A stretch of DNA of 64,000 nt from an uncultured Dorea sp. GTDB lineage: Bacteria > Bacillota > Clostridia > Lachnospirales > Lachnospiraceae. The stretch covers positions 4,161-68,160 of the forward strand of contig CAJTZE010000002.1 of assembly GCA_910584265.1 (NCBI GenBank). Reading direction: 5' to 3'. The number at the start of each line of letters is the position of its first letter. The stretch's first letter is position 1. Of this stretch, positions 41,162 through 50,152 are shown piece after piece. The position numbers were made by a program, and so were the translations under genes. The notes beneath the pieces are model-generated. The model searched no databases. It was not told where the DNA came from and saw nothing but the letters and a program-made list of their open reading frames with translations.

Positions 41162-42334
41162 ATGTTGGAAGTAAATATGGACAGGCGTTTTCTGCTTGTC
41201 CTGATAGGTGTCTTTGCGGTTATCGGAGTAATCAGCAAGTTCGTGGTAAGTATTTCGCTCAAGAGTCTTACAAAGGCGGCGGGGAATATGGGTAAGAGCT
41301 CCCATTCCCTGATGAGGCTGGTGCGGGCGAAGTATGAGCATACCTGTATGGTCAGCGACAGGGTACAGAATGTGGAGGTATTTGTAGAGAAATACATATA
41401 TGAATACAGGATTTTGAGGATCCGTCTCCACAGCTGGCGAAGGCTGGAGCGCGCATCCGCGTGGGGATGCCTGATGGCGGGCCTTGTTGGAGCAGGGATC
41501 GAGTATGCATTTATGGGGATGACGGATTTTGTGCTGCAGAGCGCCGGAGGAGGCGCGGCGATCGGGATTCTGCTGTTTTTGATGCGGGCGGCTCTGGACG
41601 AGGAGTACTGTCTGAATGTTATCCGCACCTATATGGTGGATTATCTGGATAATTTCTGCGCACATAAATTTGAGAAAAACAGGGAACTGAATAACCCGGA
41701 AAGGCCGAGACCCAGAGAGGAGGTTCCGGCTCCGGCAGAGACACCGGAGATTCTGCCGCCGGTTATGCCGGAGCCCTATCAGCAGCCACAGCCGTACCGT
41801 GCGCCGGAGGCAGGGACAGCTCCTGAGGGGCTCCGTATGGCGGAGCGCAGGGAATATGCCCTGGACAGCCGGGGAGAGCGTGCGATTGATAACCGTGCGG
41901 GGAAACGGAACGAGGCCGGAGAGGAAATTGACGGCCGGACAGAGGGACGGACGGATGTGGTACAGGGACCCGACGAACTCAGGGACCATGAACTGGAGGA
42001 CAGGGTAGAGAGAATTTCCGAGAAACTGATGGAAAATATTGTGGAGACGGCAGTAGCAGATACAAAGTGGGCGGAGGCTGGCAGGAAGGATGCGAAGCCT
42101 GCGGAGACGAAGGGAAAGAAAACTGCCCGAGGAAGAAAGAAAGAGCAGCTGATCGCGGAACGTCTGGCAGAGAAAGCAGTGGAGAGAAGCGTAGAGGCGA
42201 CCGCGGAGCGGGCGGCAGAAAAACTTGCGGCGGATGCAGATGAGAAGCAGGCGGAACAGAATGGAGACAAGCCGATGGGCGCTCTTTCCAAAGAAGTTCT
42301 CATCCGGGAAATTCTGGAGGAGTTTTTAGCTTGA
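41162..42334 (+). CDS. Hypothetical membrane protein with long low-complexity C-terminus
   Basis: Three TMs, Pro/Glu-rich and charged tail ending IREILEEFLA. Confidence 0.7.
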   Translation: MLEVNMDRRFLLVLIGVFAVIGVISKFVVSISLKSLTKAAGNMGKSSHSLMRLVRAKYEHTCMVSDRVQNVEVFVEKYIYEYRILRIRLHSWRRLERASAWGCLMAGLVGAGIEYAFMGMTDFVLQSAGGGAAIGILLFLMRAALDEEYCLNVIRTYMVDYLDNFCAHKFEKNRELNNPERPRPREEVPAPAETPEILPPVMPEPYQQPQPYRAPEAGTAPEGLRMAERREYALDSRGERAIDNRAGKRNEAGEEIDGRTEGRTDVVQGPDELRDHELEDRVERISEKLMENIVETAVADTKWAEAGRKDAKPAETKGKKTARGRKKEQLIAERLAEKAVERSVEATAERAAEKLAADADEKQAEQNGDKPMGALSKEVLIREILEEFLA

Positions 42335-42410
42335 TAAAACCTCTGTGAACTGGTAAGATATAAATAGAACAATATAACAATTTAAAAGGATTTGAAAATC
42401 ATAAAACAGC

Positions 42411-43829
42411 ATGAATGGATTATATGACCGGTTAACAGAATACAGCGCCTCCGATTATTACGGATTTCATATGCCGGGGCACAAGAGACGTGGACCGGCG
42501 GGGATATCGCTTCCTTATGAGATTGATATTACAGAGATTGAGGGATTTGATGACCTGCATCATGCAGACGGAATTTTGAAAGACGCGCAGCAGCTGGCGG
42601 CGAAGGTGTACGGTGCACAAGAGACCAGGTATCTGGTGAATGGAAGCACGGCAGGAATCTTAAGTGCGGTTCTTGGAAGCACGAAGAAGGGGAACCGGAT
42701 ACTTGTCTCAAGACACTGCCACAAGTCAGTCTATCATGCCGTATGCTTGAATGATCTCAGGCCGGTGTATCTGTATCCAGAGTTTAATACCAGTCTTCAT
42801 ATGAATATGGATATATCTGTAAGCGCAGTGAGAACTGCGCTTATGGAGTGTCCGGACATCCGGGCGGTTGTGATCGTATCGCCTTCCTATGACGGAGTGA
42901 TTTCCGATATAGAGGGAATTGCCGGAGCGGTTCATGAGCGGGGGATTCCGCTGATCGTGGACGAGGCGCATGGAGCGCATTTGGGATTCCATCCGTATTT
43001 TGAGGCAAATGCTCTGGCGAAGGGAGCGGATGTTGTGATCCACAGCGTTCATAAGACGCTGCCGTCGCTGACTCAGACGGCGCTTCTGCATGTACAGGGA
43101 GAGCTTGCAGACCGGAGAAGGATATTCCGGTATCTGGACATGCTGCAGTCCTCCAGCCCGTCCTATATTCTGATGGCGGGCATCGACAAGTGCGTGCATA
43201 TGCTTGACGAGCAGGGAGCGGAGCTGTTTGAGCCTTATGTGCAGAGGCTTGCGGAGTTAAGAGAGAGTCTTGGAAGGCTGAAATGTTTGAGGCTGCTTGA
43301 GACAGAGCGGTATGACCGGTCGAAGGTGGTTATTTCCGTAAATGGACTGGGGATTACCGGAAGGGAGCTGTATCGGATGCTCCTTGAGCGGTATCATCTG
43401 CAGATGGAGATGGCGGCAGGAACCTATGTGGTTGCGATGACATCTGTTAACGACAGCAGAGAGGGATTTGAACGCCTGCGGAATGCGCTGTTCGAAATTG
43501 ATGCAGAGCTGCAGGATAAGAAGCGGGAGCCGGACGGGGATCTGGCGGGAATTCCGGTCAATGAACAGGTTATGGCCTGTTCGGAAGCCCTTGGGATCAG
43601 TGATGAGCCTGCGGGCACAGAGCTGCTTGGCTGGCGGGATGCGGCAGGAAGGATTTCAGCAGAATATGCGTATCTGTATCCGCCGGGAAGTCCGCTGATC
43701 GTACCGGGAGAGAGGATATCGCCGGAAACGGCAGGGCTTCTGGAACATTACCGGATGGCAGGATTTTCTATAGAAGGTCTGGAGACAGCCGGAAGGATCA
43801 GGGTGCTTAGGAAGGATGCCTGCGGATAG
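42411..43829 (+). CDS. Orn/Lys/Arg decarboxylase family PLP enzyme (YaaO-like)
   Basis: HMPGHK, VDEAHG, SVHKTL, YPPG. Confidence 0.9.
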   Translation: MNGLYDRLTEYSASDYYGFHMPGHKRRGPAGISLPYEIDITEIEGFDDLHHADGILKDAQQLAAKVYGAQETRYLVNGSTAGILSAVLGSTKKGNRILVSRHCHKSVYHAVCLNDLRPVYLYPEFNTSLHMNMDISVSAVRTALMECPDIRAVVIVSPSYDGVISDIEGIAGAVHERGIPLIVDEAHGAHLGFHPYFEANALAKGADVVIHSVHKTLPSLTQTALLHVQGELADRRRIFRYLDMLQSSSPSYILMAGIDKCVHMLDEQGAELFEPYVQRLAELRESLGRLKCLRLLETERYDRSKVVISVNGLGITGRELYRMLLERYHLQMEMAAGTYVVAMTSVNDSREGFERLRNALFEIDAELQDKKREPDGDLAGIPVNEQVMACSEALGISDEPAGTELLGWRDAAGRISAEYAYLYPPGSPLIVPGERISPETAGLLEHYRMAGFSIEGLETAGRIRVLRKDACG

Positions 43830-43935
43830 GGAGATTGAAGGCGCGCAGGACATATGGGCACATCCGGGAATGGATAAGAGATACGAGAAACGGATATGGA
43901 AACATATCTTAAGAGGATAACAGAGGAGATATACA

Positions 43936-44925
43936 ATGGGAAGCTTTAAAGATGTGATAGGACATAAGAACATTATTGGTTATATCAAAAATGCAGTACA
44001 GGAGGATAAGGTATCCCATGCGTATATCTTGAACGGGGCGCGGGGATCCGGCAAGAAAATGCTGGCGGTTCTATTTGCGGAGACGCTGCTCTGTGAGGCG
44101 GATGGACCGGAGCCGTGTAACAAATGCCATTCCTGCCGGCAGATAGACAGCGGGAATCATCCGGATTTGATCCATGCGGGGCCGGCGTCGCTGGAGACCA
44201 TCGGTGTAGATGTGATCCGGACAAAGGTAAATAACGATATTATGATCAAGCCTTATCAGGGGCCGTACAAAATCTACATCATTGATCATGCAGATCTGAT
44301 GACGGAGGAGGCGCAGAATTCGCTTCTGAAGACAATCGAGGAACCGCCGGAGTATGCGGTTATTTTCCTGCTGACGGAGAACTGCGAGAAGCTGCTTCCC
44401 ACCATTACCTCCAGATGCGTCATGCTGAAGCTGCGCAATATCAAGGATACTCTGATCAAGAAGTATCTGATGGAGAAGCTGGAGGTGCCGGATTATAAGG
44501 CGGATATGTGTACTGCTTTTGCGCAGGGAAATATCGGACGAGCAGTCCTTCTGGCCAAGTCCGAGAAGTTCAATGAGATCCGGGAAGAGGCGGTGAATCT
44601 GCTGAAGAATATCCGGGAGATGGAATTTAGCGCGCTTCTTGAGGCAGTCAGGCATATTCATGTATATAAGCTTGAGGTGGAAGATTATTTTGACATTATC
44701 ATGATCTGGTACCGGGATGTGCTGATGTATAAAGCAACCAGAGATGTGGATAAGATTGTATTTAAGGAACTGATTCCGGAAATCAAAGAGCGGGCGAAGA
44801 AGAGCTCTTATGAGGGGATTGAGCTGGTTCTGGATGGTCTTGATAAGGCGAAAGCAAGGCTTCGGGCAAATGTGAACTTCACTCTTGTGATGGAGCTTCT
44901 ATTTCTTACGATAAAGGAGAATTAA
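43936..44925 (+). CDS. holB: DNA polymerase III subunit delta'
   Basis: SHAYI, PCNKCHSC, QNSLLKTIEEPP, TITSRC. Confidence 0.92.
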   Translation: MGSFKDVIGHKNIIGYIKNAVQEDKVSHAYILNGARGSGKKMLAVLFAETLLCEADGPEPCNKCHSCRQIDSGNHPDLIHAGPASLETIGVDVIRTKVNNDIMIKPYQGPYKIYIIDHADLMTEEAQNSLLKTIEEPPEYAVIFLLTENCEKLLPTITSRCVMLKLRNIKDTLIKKYLMEKLEVPDYKADMCTAFAQGNIGRAVLLAKSEKFNEIREEAVNLLKNIREMEFSALLEAVRHIHVYKLEVEDYFDIIMIWYRDVLMYKATRDVDKIVFKELIPEIKERAKKSSYEGIELVLDGLDKAKARLRANVNFTLVMELLFLTIKEN

Positions 44926-44928
44926 TAT

Positions 44929-45840
44929 ATGACGAAGGTAATTGGAGTGAGATTCCGCACGGCCGGAAAGGTGTACTTCTTTGCGCCAGGGAAATTTAAC
45001 GTCCGCGCAGGAGATAAAGTAATCGTGGAAACGGCAAGAGGCGTTGAGATCGGCTCTGTTGTGACCGGCATAAAGGATGTGGAGGATGAGAAGATTCTGC
45101 AGCCGCTGAAGCCGGTTATCCGGATTGCCACTCAGGAGGATAGGCGCAAGGAAGCGAAGAACCGGGAGAAGGAGAAGGAGGCATTTGCAATCTGTCTTGA
45201 GAAAATCCGCAAGCATAAGTTGGAGATGAAGCTGATAGATGCGGAGTATACCTTTGATAATAATAAGGTGTTGTTTTATTTTACGGCAGATGGAAGAATA
45301 GATTTCCGTGAGCTGGTAAAGGATCTGGCCGGGGTATTTCGGACAAGGATCGAGCTGCGTCAGATCGGAGTCCGTGATGAGACGAAGATACGGGGCGGGC
45401 TCGGTATCTGCGGCAGGACGCTGTGCTGTCATACCTACCTTACTGAATTCGCGCCGGTTTCCATCCGTATGGCCAAGGAGCAGAACCTATCCCTGAATCC
45501 GACCAAGATATCCGGTGTATGCGGCAGGCTTATGTGCTGCCTGACCAATGAAGAAGAGACCTATGAAGAGCTGAACAGCCGTCTGCCGTCGGCAGGCGAT
45601 TATGTGACAACGCCTGAGAAGCTCCGCGGAGCGGTACATTCGGTAAATGTACTCCGCCAGCAGGTAAAGGTTATTGTTGACCTTGATAACGATGAGAAAG
45701 AAATCCGCGAGTACAAGGTCAGCGAGCTTCGGTTCAAGCCGAGAAAAAAGAAGAAGGACGTGAAGCTGTCGAATGAGGAACTAAAACAGCTCAAAGCGCT
45801 GGAAGAGAGGAATGCGGCTTCTAAATTAGACAATGAATAA
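44929..45840 (+). CDS. ricT: PSP1 domain protein (YaaT/RicT)
   Basis: RIDFRELVK, CGRTLCC, CGRLMCCL. Confidence 0.9.
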   Translation: MTKVIGVRFRTAGKVYFFAPGKFNVRAGDKVIVETARGVEIGSVVTGIKDVEDEKILQPLKPVIRIATQEDRRKEAKNREKEKEAFAICLEKIRKHKLEMKLIDAEYTFDNNKVLFYFTADGRIDFRELVKDLAGVFRTRIELRQIGVRDETKIRGGLGICGRTLCCHTYLTEFAPVSIRMAKEQNLSLNPTKISGVCGRLMCCLTNEEETYEELNSRLPSAGDYVTTPEKLRGAVHSVNVLRQQVKVIVDLDNDEKEIREYKVSELRFKPRKKKKDVKLSNEELKQLKALEERNAASKLDNE

Positions 45841-46633
45841 TGGATATAGAAACGAAATAGTGTCAGAAGAAACAAAAAAGATGGAATCTCTTATCCGCGA
45901 AGGAGAACGGCTGGATGATCTTCAGACAGGGGGATATTATCTGATCCAGGATCCGGAACAGTTCTGCTTTGGAATTGATGCAGTTCTGTTATCTTCCTTT
46001 GCGAAGGTGAAAAAAGGAGAGCGGGCGCTGGATCTGGGGACGGGAACCGGAATTATCCCAATCCTGCTGGAGGCGAAGAATGAAGGAATTTCGTATGCGG
46101 GTCTGGAAATTCAGGAGGCCAGTGCAGATATGGCAAGGCGGAGCGTCCGGTATAATCATCTGGAAGAGAAGATTGAGATAACAACAGGAGACATGAAAGA
46201 GGCGGCAAAGATATATGGAGCGGCCTCTTTTGAAGTTGTAACAGTAAACCCGCCTTATATGATCGGCGCACACGGAGTGAAGAATGTAAATGATGCAAAA
46301 TATATCGCCAGACATGAAGTATGTTGTACGCTTCGGGATGTGCTGGAACAGAGTGCAAAGCTTTTGAAGGAAAAAGGACGTTTCTACATGGTCCACAGAC
46401 CTTTTCGGCTGCCGGAGATTTTAAAGACTATGTGCGAGTGCAGGATAGAGCCGAAAAGAATGCGTCTGGTGCACTCTTATATAGGTAAGGAACCGTCTAT
46501 GGTGCTGATAGAAGGCCTGCGGAATGGACGTCCGCGGATGCAGGTGGAGGCGCCGCTCATTGTATATGGGGAAGACGGGCAGTATACAGAGGAGGTACTG
46601 GAAATGTATGGAGAAATGAAAAAATTTCGTTGA
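45833..46633 (+). CDS. tRNA1(Val) A37 N6-methyltransferase (YabB-like); start may be 45881
   Basis: DAVLL, DLGTGTG, NPPY, ARHE. Confidence 0.9.
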   Translation: MNNGYRNEIVSEETKKMESLIREGERLDDLQTGGYYLIQDPEQFCFGIDAVLLSSFAKVKKGERALDLGTGTGIIPILLEAKNEGISYAGLEIQEASADMARRSVRYNHLEEKIEITTGDMKEAAKIYGAASFEVVTVNPPYMIGAHGVKNVNDAKYIARHEVCCTLRDVLEQSAKLLKEKGRFYMVHRPFRLPEILKTMCECRIEPKRMRLVHSYIGKEPSMVLIEGLRNGRPRMQVEAPLIVYGEDGQYTEEVLEMYGEMKKFR

Positions 46634-46663
46634 ACTTCTGTTTGCGGAAATAGTTGATGCTGC

Positions 46664-46703
46664 TATAAGAAAAGATTTCCTAAAGCTGGATACTTTAAGA
46701 TGC
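46664..46703 (+). repeat. Left recombination site (IRL)
   Basis: TATAAGAAAAGATTTCCTAAAG-CTGGATA-CTTTAAGATGC; 46686-46700 is the exact reverse complement of 48213-48227. Confidence 0.85.
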
Positions 46704-46721
46704 TCAGTTCATGAGTTTCTC

Positions 46722-46744
46722 TGCCCGGATCCGGGCAATTTTTC
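46722..46744 (+). terminator. Orientation-dependent terminator inside the invertible segment
   Basis: Perfect palindrome TGCCCGGATCCGGGCA followed by ATTTTTC on the + strand only. Confidence 0.6.
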
Positions 46745-46951
46745 ACGAATTATCGCAATAAAAAAATTATTATTGGCTAAACCATTGTATATAATATCGG
46801 CAGATTTTGGATTTTCTATAGGTAATCCATGCAGAAAATTGAGTTTTTAGGCCAATTTATGGTCATAATAAAGGGTAACTATTTTTACATTACAGGAAAG
46901 TGCGCAAAGGCAGGCCTGTATTTTTATTATGACTGTAAGGAGGAAAATACC

Positions 46952-48184
46952 ATGGGAAGACGTGGAGAAAACATTAGGAAACGGAAAGACGGCCGCTGGG
47001 AGGCACGCATAATTGCAGGCTATGATTCCGGCAGGAGGGCAAAATATCATTCTGTCTACGGCAAGAGTTACAGTGAGGTGAAGGCCAAGAAAAACATCTG
47101 GCTGGAGGACAGAATACAAACGGGAAACATATCGTGTCAGGATTATTATGCCAGACTTCAAGTGACTTTTGAGGAGGTGTGCAGAGAATGGCTGGAATCC
47201 AAGAGAAAGGTTATTAAGGAATCCAGCTATGCCCATTACGTGCATCTGGTCCAAAAGCATCTGCTCCCGGAATTAGGAAAAAGGATGTTAGCATCAATTA
47301 CTACAGAAGAAATGAATCAGTTTCTACAGACCAAGCTTCAGACAGACGCAGTGATCATGTCCGGAAAACAAGCATTCAGAGACCGGACGCTTGCTGTCAG
47401 AACAGCAAAAAACGGTCTGTCTCCTAAAACAGTATCGGATATCCGCTCTGTGATCATACAGATTCTGGATTTCGCTAAAGACCGTAAATATCCCACAGGA
47501 ATTACCGGAAAATTATTTTTTCCAAAATCAGTACAGCCCGCGATCCGGGTTCTAAACCGACAGGAGCAGCTGCTATTAGAGGAATATATTTTTCAGGAAC
47601 AGAGTCCCTTTACAGCAGGAATCCTTCTTGCCCTTTACGGAGGGCTCCGCATCGGCGAAATCTGTTCCCTGAAATGGAAAGATATTCACCTGAAACAAGG
47701 CGAGGTCCGTGTAGAAAAAACACTGCTGAGAATACAAGAAACCATTCCCGGATCCGAGCATTCTTCAAAAACAAAGCTTTTGCTGGACAAGCCAAAAACT
47801 GCCAATTCTATACGCAGCGTCCCGCTTCCGGGCTTTATTACAGAGCATCTGAAAAGCCTCATGCGGCCACCGGAAATATATGTCATTACGGGGACGCCTT
47901 CCTGGATGGAGCCGAGAACCTGCCTGGACAAATATAAACGTATCCTGAAAAAAGCCGGAATCGACGATTATAGCTTCCATGCACTGCGGCATACCTTCGC
48001 TACCAGATGTATGGAAATGGGATTTGATATCAAATCGCTGAGCGAGATACTCGGGCACGCCAATGTCAATATTACTCTACAGCGATATGTACACCCTTCT
48101 ATGGAGTTAAAGAAGCAGCAAATGAACCGGCTTGAACAGGTTTCTATTTGGGGTCGGACTCTGGGTCAGGCGGATGGGGAATGA
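46952..48184 (+). CDS. Tyrosine recombinase/integrase
   Basis: RBS AGGAGG; N-terminal RKRKDGRWEAR arm-binding-like segment; GLRIGE, PKT, HALRH, LGH and RYVH catalytic residues intact. Confidence 0.95.
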   Translation: MGRRGENIRKRKDGRWEARIIAGYDSGRRAKYHSVYGKSYSEVKAKKNIWLEDRIQTGNISCQDYYARLQVTFEEVCREWLESKRKVIKESSYAHYVHLVQKHLLPELGKRMLASITTEEMNQFLQTKLQTDAVIMSGKQAFRDRTLAVRTAKNGLSPKTVSDIRSVIIQILDFAKDRKYPTGITGKLFFPKSVQPAIRVLNRQEQLLLEEYIFQEQSPFTAGILLALYGGLRIGEICSLKWKDIHLKQGEVRVEKTLLRIQETIPGSEHSSKTKLLLDKPKTANSIRSVPLPGFITEHLKSLMRPPEIYVITGTPSWMEPRTCLDKYKRILKKAGIDDYSFHALRHTFATRCMEMGFDIKSLSEILGHANVNITLQRYVHPSMELKKQQMNRLEQVSIWGRTLGQADGE

Positions 48185-48200
48185 TAAAAGTGCAGGAGAA

Positions 48201-48238
48201 TATAAGAAGATTTCTTAAAGTATCCAGTTTTAAGATGC
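48201..48238 (-). repeat. Right recombination site (IRR)
   Basis: TATAAGAAGATTTCTTAAAG-TATCCAG-TTTTAAGATGC. Confidence 0.85.
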
Positions 48239-48349
48239 GGCAACATTTGCACATATTTGGAATATACTGGGAAACAGGTATGAGTAAGAGAAAGTGATAG
48301 GAATACATAATACAGGTTCAAAGGGAGCTGAAAGCAGAGGTATGAAAAA

Positions 48350-49543
48350 ATGGAGCAATTAGGAACACTTTATGTTCAGATGTTTGGCGGCTTCCAGATG
48401 AGCTATAGGAATAAGCCTTTAACAGGGGAAAGACGGAGAGATACTCATTTTACCAGTCTGATGCAGCTGCTTCTGCACAATGTGCAGACAGGCGTAAGCA
48501 GGGATTACCTGGAGGATGTGCTGCTGGGGGAACGGGATGTTGAGAACCGTCATCAAACGTTACAGACAATTATTTATAAAGCGAAGCGCAAGCTTAAGAA
48601 AATGGGACTTCCGGGAGATAACTATATATTTCTTGAGAAAGGAATTTATTTCTGGACACGGGATATACCGGTAGAAGAGGATGCGGTGGTTTTTGACAGG
48701 TTCTGCAGAGAGGCGGCCGGGGAGAGTGATGAAGAGAAGAGGTTTGAGCTTTACCAGAAGGCAATTTATATATATAAAGGAGAATTTCTCTCAACCTATG
48801 CTGGAGTTATGTGGGCAGGAGCGGAGGCTAGGCGTTACAGTACCATGTTTGAGGAATGCGTCCGGCAGGAGGCGCTTATATTAAGAAAAAGACAGGATTG
48901 GCTCAGGCTGGAGAAGCTGGGCAGATATGTAACTGCGGTGGTGCCGTTCGCCGATTGGGAAAGTCTGATCATGGAAGCGCTTATGGAGAGCGGACGTTAT
49001 GAGGAGGCCCAGAGGCTGTATGCGGATACCGTTGACACTTATCTTAGGGAGAGGGGAATCAGCCCTTCTGAGAAAATTATGAGAATGATGGATCGTCTGG
49101 CAAGGCAGATGAAACATTCTTATGAGATTCTGGATCAGATCCAGAAGAAGCTGGAGGAGAGCGGCGAGGATATGCAGGGAGGATACCAGTGTACGTATCC
49201 GGTATTCTGCGGCATTTATCATGTGGTCAGCCGGATGATGGAACGGGGTGGTCAGAGCGTCTACCTGATGCTGTGTACATTGGTAGACGGAAAAGGCCAT
49301 CCCATGAAGGATGGAAAACGTCTTAACGAACTGTCGGGGCGTCTGCAGAAGGCAATCCGGTGTTCGGTGAGGCATGGAGATATTATCAATCAGTATGGAA
49401 AAGGGCAGTTTCTTGTGCTGCTGGTGAATACTACCCGGGAAAATTGCGGAGTAGTGGAAAAACGTATTAACCATAATTTTGCGGCAGGAGGAAAGCGGAC
49501 GGGTGTGCAGTATCATGTGAACAGTGTGATTTGTAAAACATAG
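48350..49543 (+). CDS. SARP/BTAD family transcriptional regulator with C-terminal degenerate GGDEF-like domain
   Basis: MFGGF N-terminus, wHTH-like region, YKGEFL and ERGISPS BTAD motifs; RHGDIINQYGKGQFLVLL. Confidence 0.8.
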   Translation: MEQLGTLYVQMFGGFQMSYRNKPLTGERRRDTHFTSLMQLLLHNVQTGVSRDYLEDVLLGERDVENRHQTLQTIIYKAKRKLKKMGLPGDNYIFLEKGIYFWTRDIPVEEDAVVFDRFCREAAGESDEEKRFELYQKAIYIYKGEFLSTYAGVMWAGAEARRYSTMFEECVRQEALILRKRQDWLRLEKLGRYVTAVVPFADWESLIMEALMESGRYEEAQRLYADTVDTYLRERGISPSEKIMRMMDRLARQMKHSYEILDQIQKKLEESGEDMQGGYQCTYPVFCGIYHVVSRMMERGGQSVYLMLCTLVDGKGHPMKDGKRLNELSGRLQKAIRCSVRHGDIINQYGKGQFLVLLVNTTRENCGVVEKRINHNFAAGGKRTGVQYHVNSVICKT

Positions 49544-49648
49544 ACAATAATTAAAAAAACAAGCATTTTTTTCCAAACGGACAGCGGAGGGGATAGCAGC
49601 TGACTGCTAAGATGAAAGTGTAAGCTGCAGGAGAAATGCAGAAAGGGC

Positions 49649-50152
49649 GTGTTGCAGATGGCAGGAACGGAACGCTATATCGGAACTCCCAATGGGATTA
49701 TGTTGTGTGTCGATAGAAACGGCGGCGGATTGATAGAGGGTTTTCTGTATCACGGATATCGGAAAGAGGGGATCCCCATAAGGGGATATGAGCAGGTCAT
49801 AAGGACGGCGGAGGAGCTTTTTAATGCGTTGGGATTTCCATTTATGGGAACAGGCGACAGAGATATACACGGCCGTATACACAGCTGCCAGAAAAAGGAA
49901 AGGATGGCAAGAGTTTTGAGAGACGACGAATTGTTAGAAAAGCATGGCAATATGGGAACATTTGTTATTCGTGTCCAGCATAGACAGCATAGCAGCTGGC
50001 AGGGAAGGGTCACTTATCTGGAAGAAAATAAGAGTGTGTATTTCCGTTCAGCGCTGGAATTGATAAAGATTATAGACGGTGCGCTTGATGAGGTGGAGCA
50101 GGCGGCCGCCGCAGAAATTGACGGGGAAGAGGAGGTGCAGTATGGCGAGTAA
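49649..50152 (+). CDS. Hypothetical protein
   Basis: Co-oriented and overlaps the next gene; TFVIRVQHRQHSSWQG...FRSALEL. Confidence 0.65.
   Translation: MLQMAGTERYIGTPNGIMLCVDRNGGGLIEGFLYHGYRKEGIPIRGYEQVIRTAEELFNALGFPFMGTGDRDIHGRIHSCQKKERMARVLRDDELLEKHGNMGTFVIRVQHRQHSSWQGRVTYLEENKSVYFRSALELIKIIDGALDEVEQAAAAEIDGEEEVQYGE

Larger units (their letters stand above)
46664..48238. mobile_element. Candidate invertible segment carrying its own tyrosine recombinase
   Basis: Two recombination-site-like sequences with inverted 7-bp cores flank the recombinase gene. Confidence 0.75.

Noticed and set aside
46829..48184. Integrase as the boundary of a prophage or ICE
   Set aside because: No phage, relaxase or conjugation genes in the window, and the flanking cores are inverted rather than direct. 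A distal att site outside the window cannot be excluded.
48342..48352. ATG-A6-TG as a slippage-based phase-variable start
   Set aside because: The tract is short, and RBS spacing fits ATG 48350; the upstream ATG is too close to the RBS.
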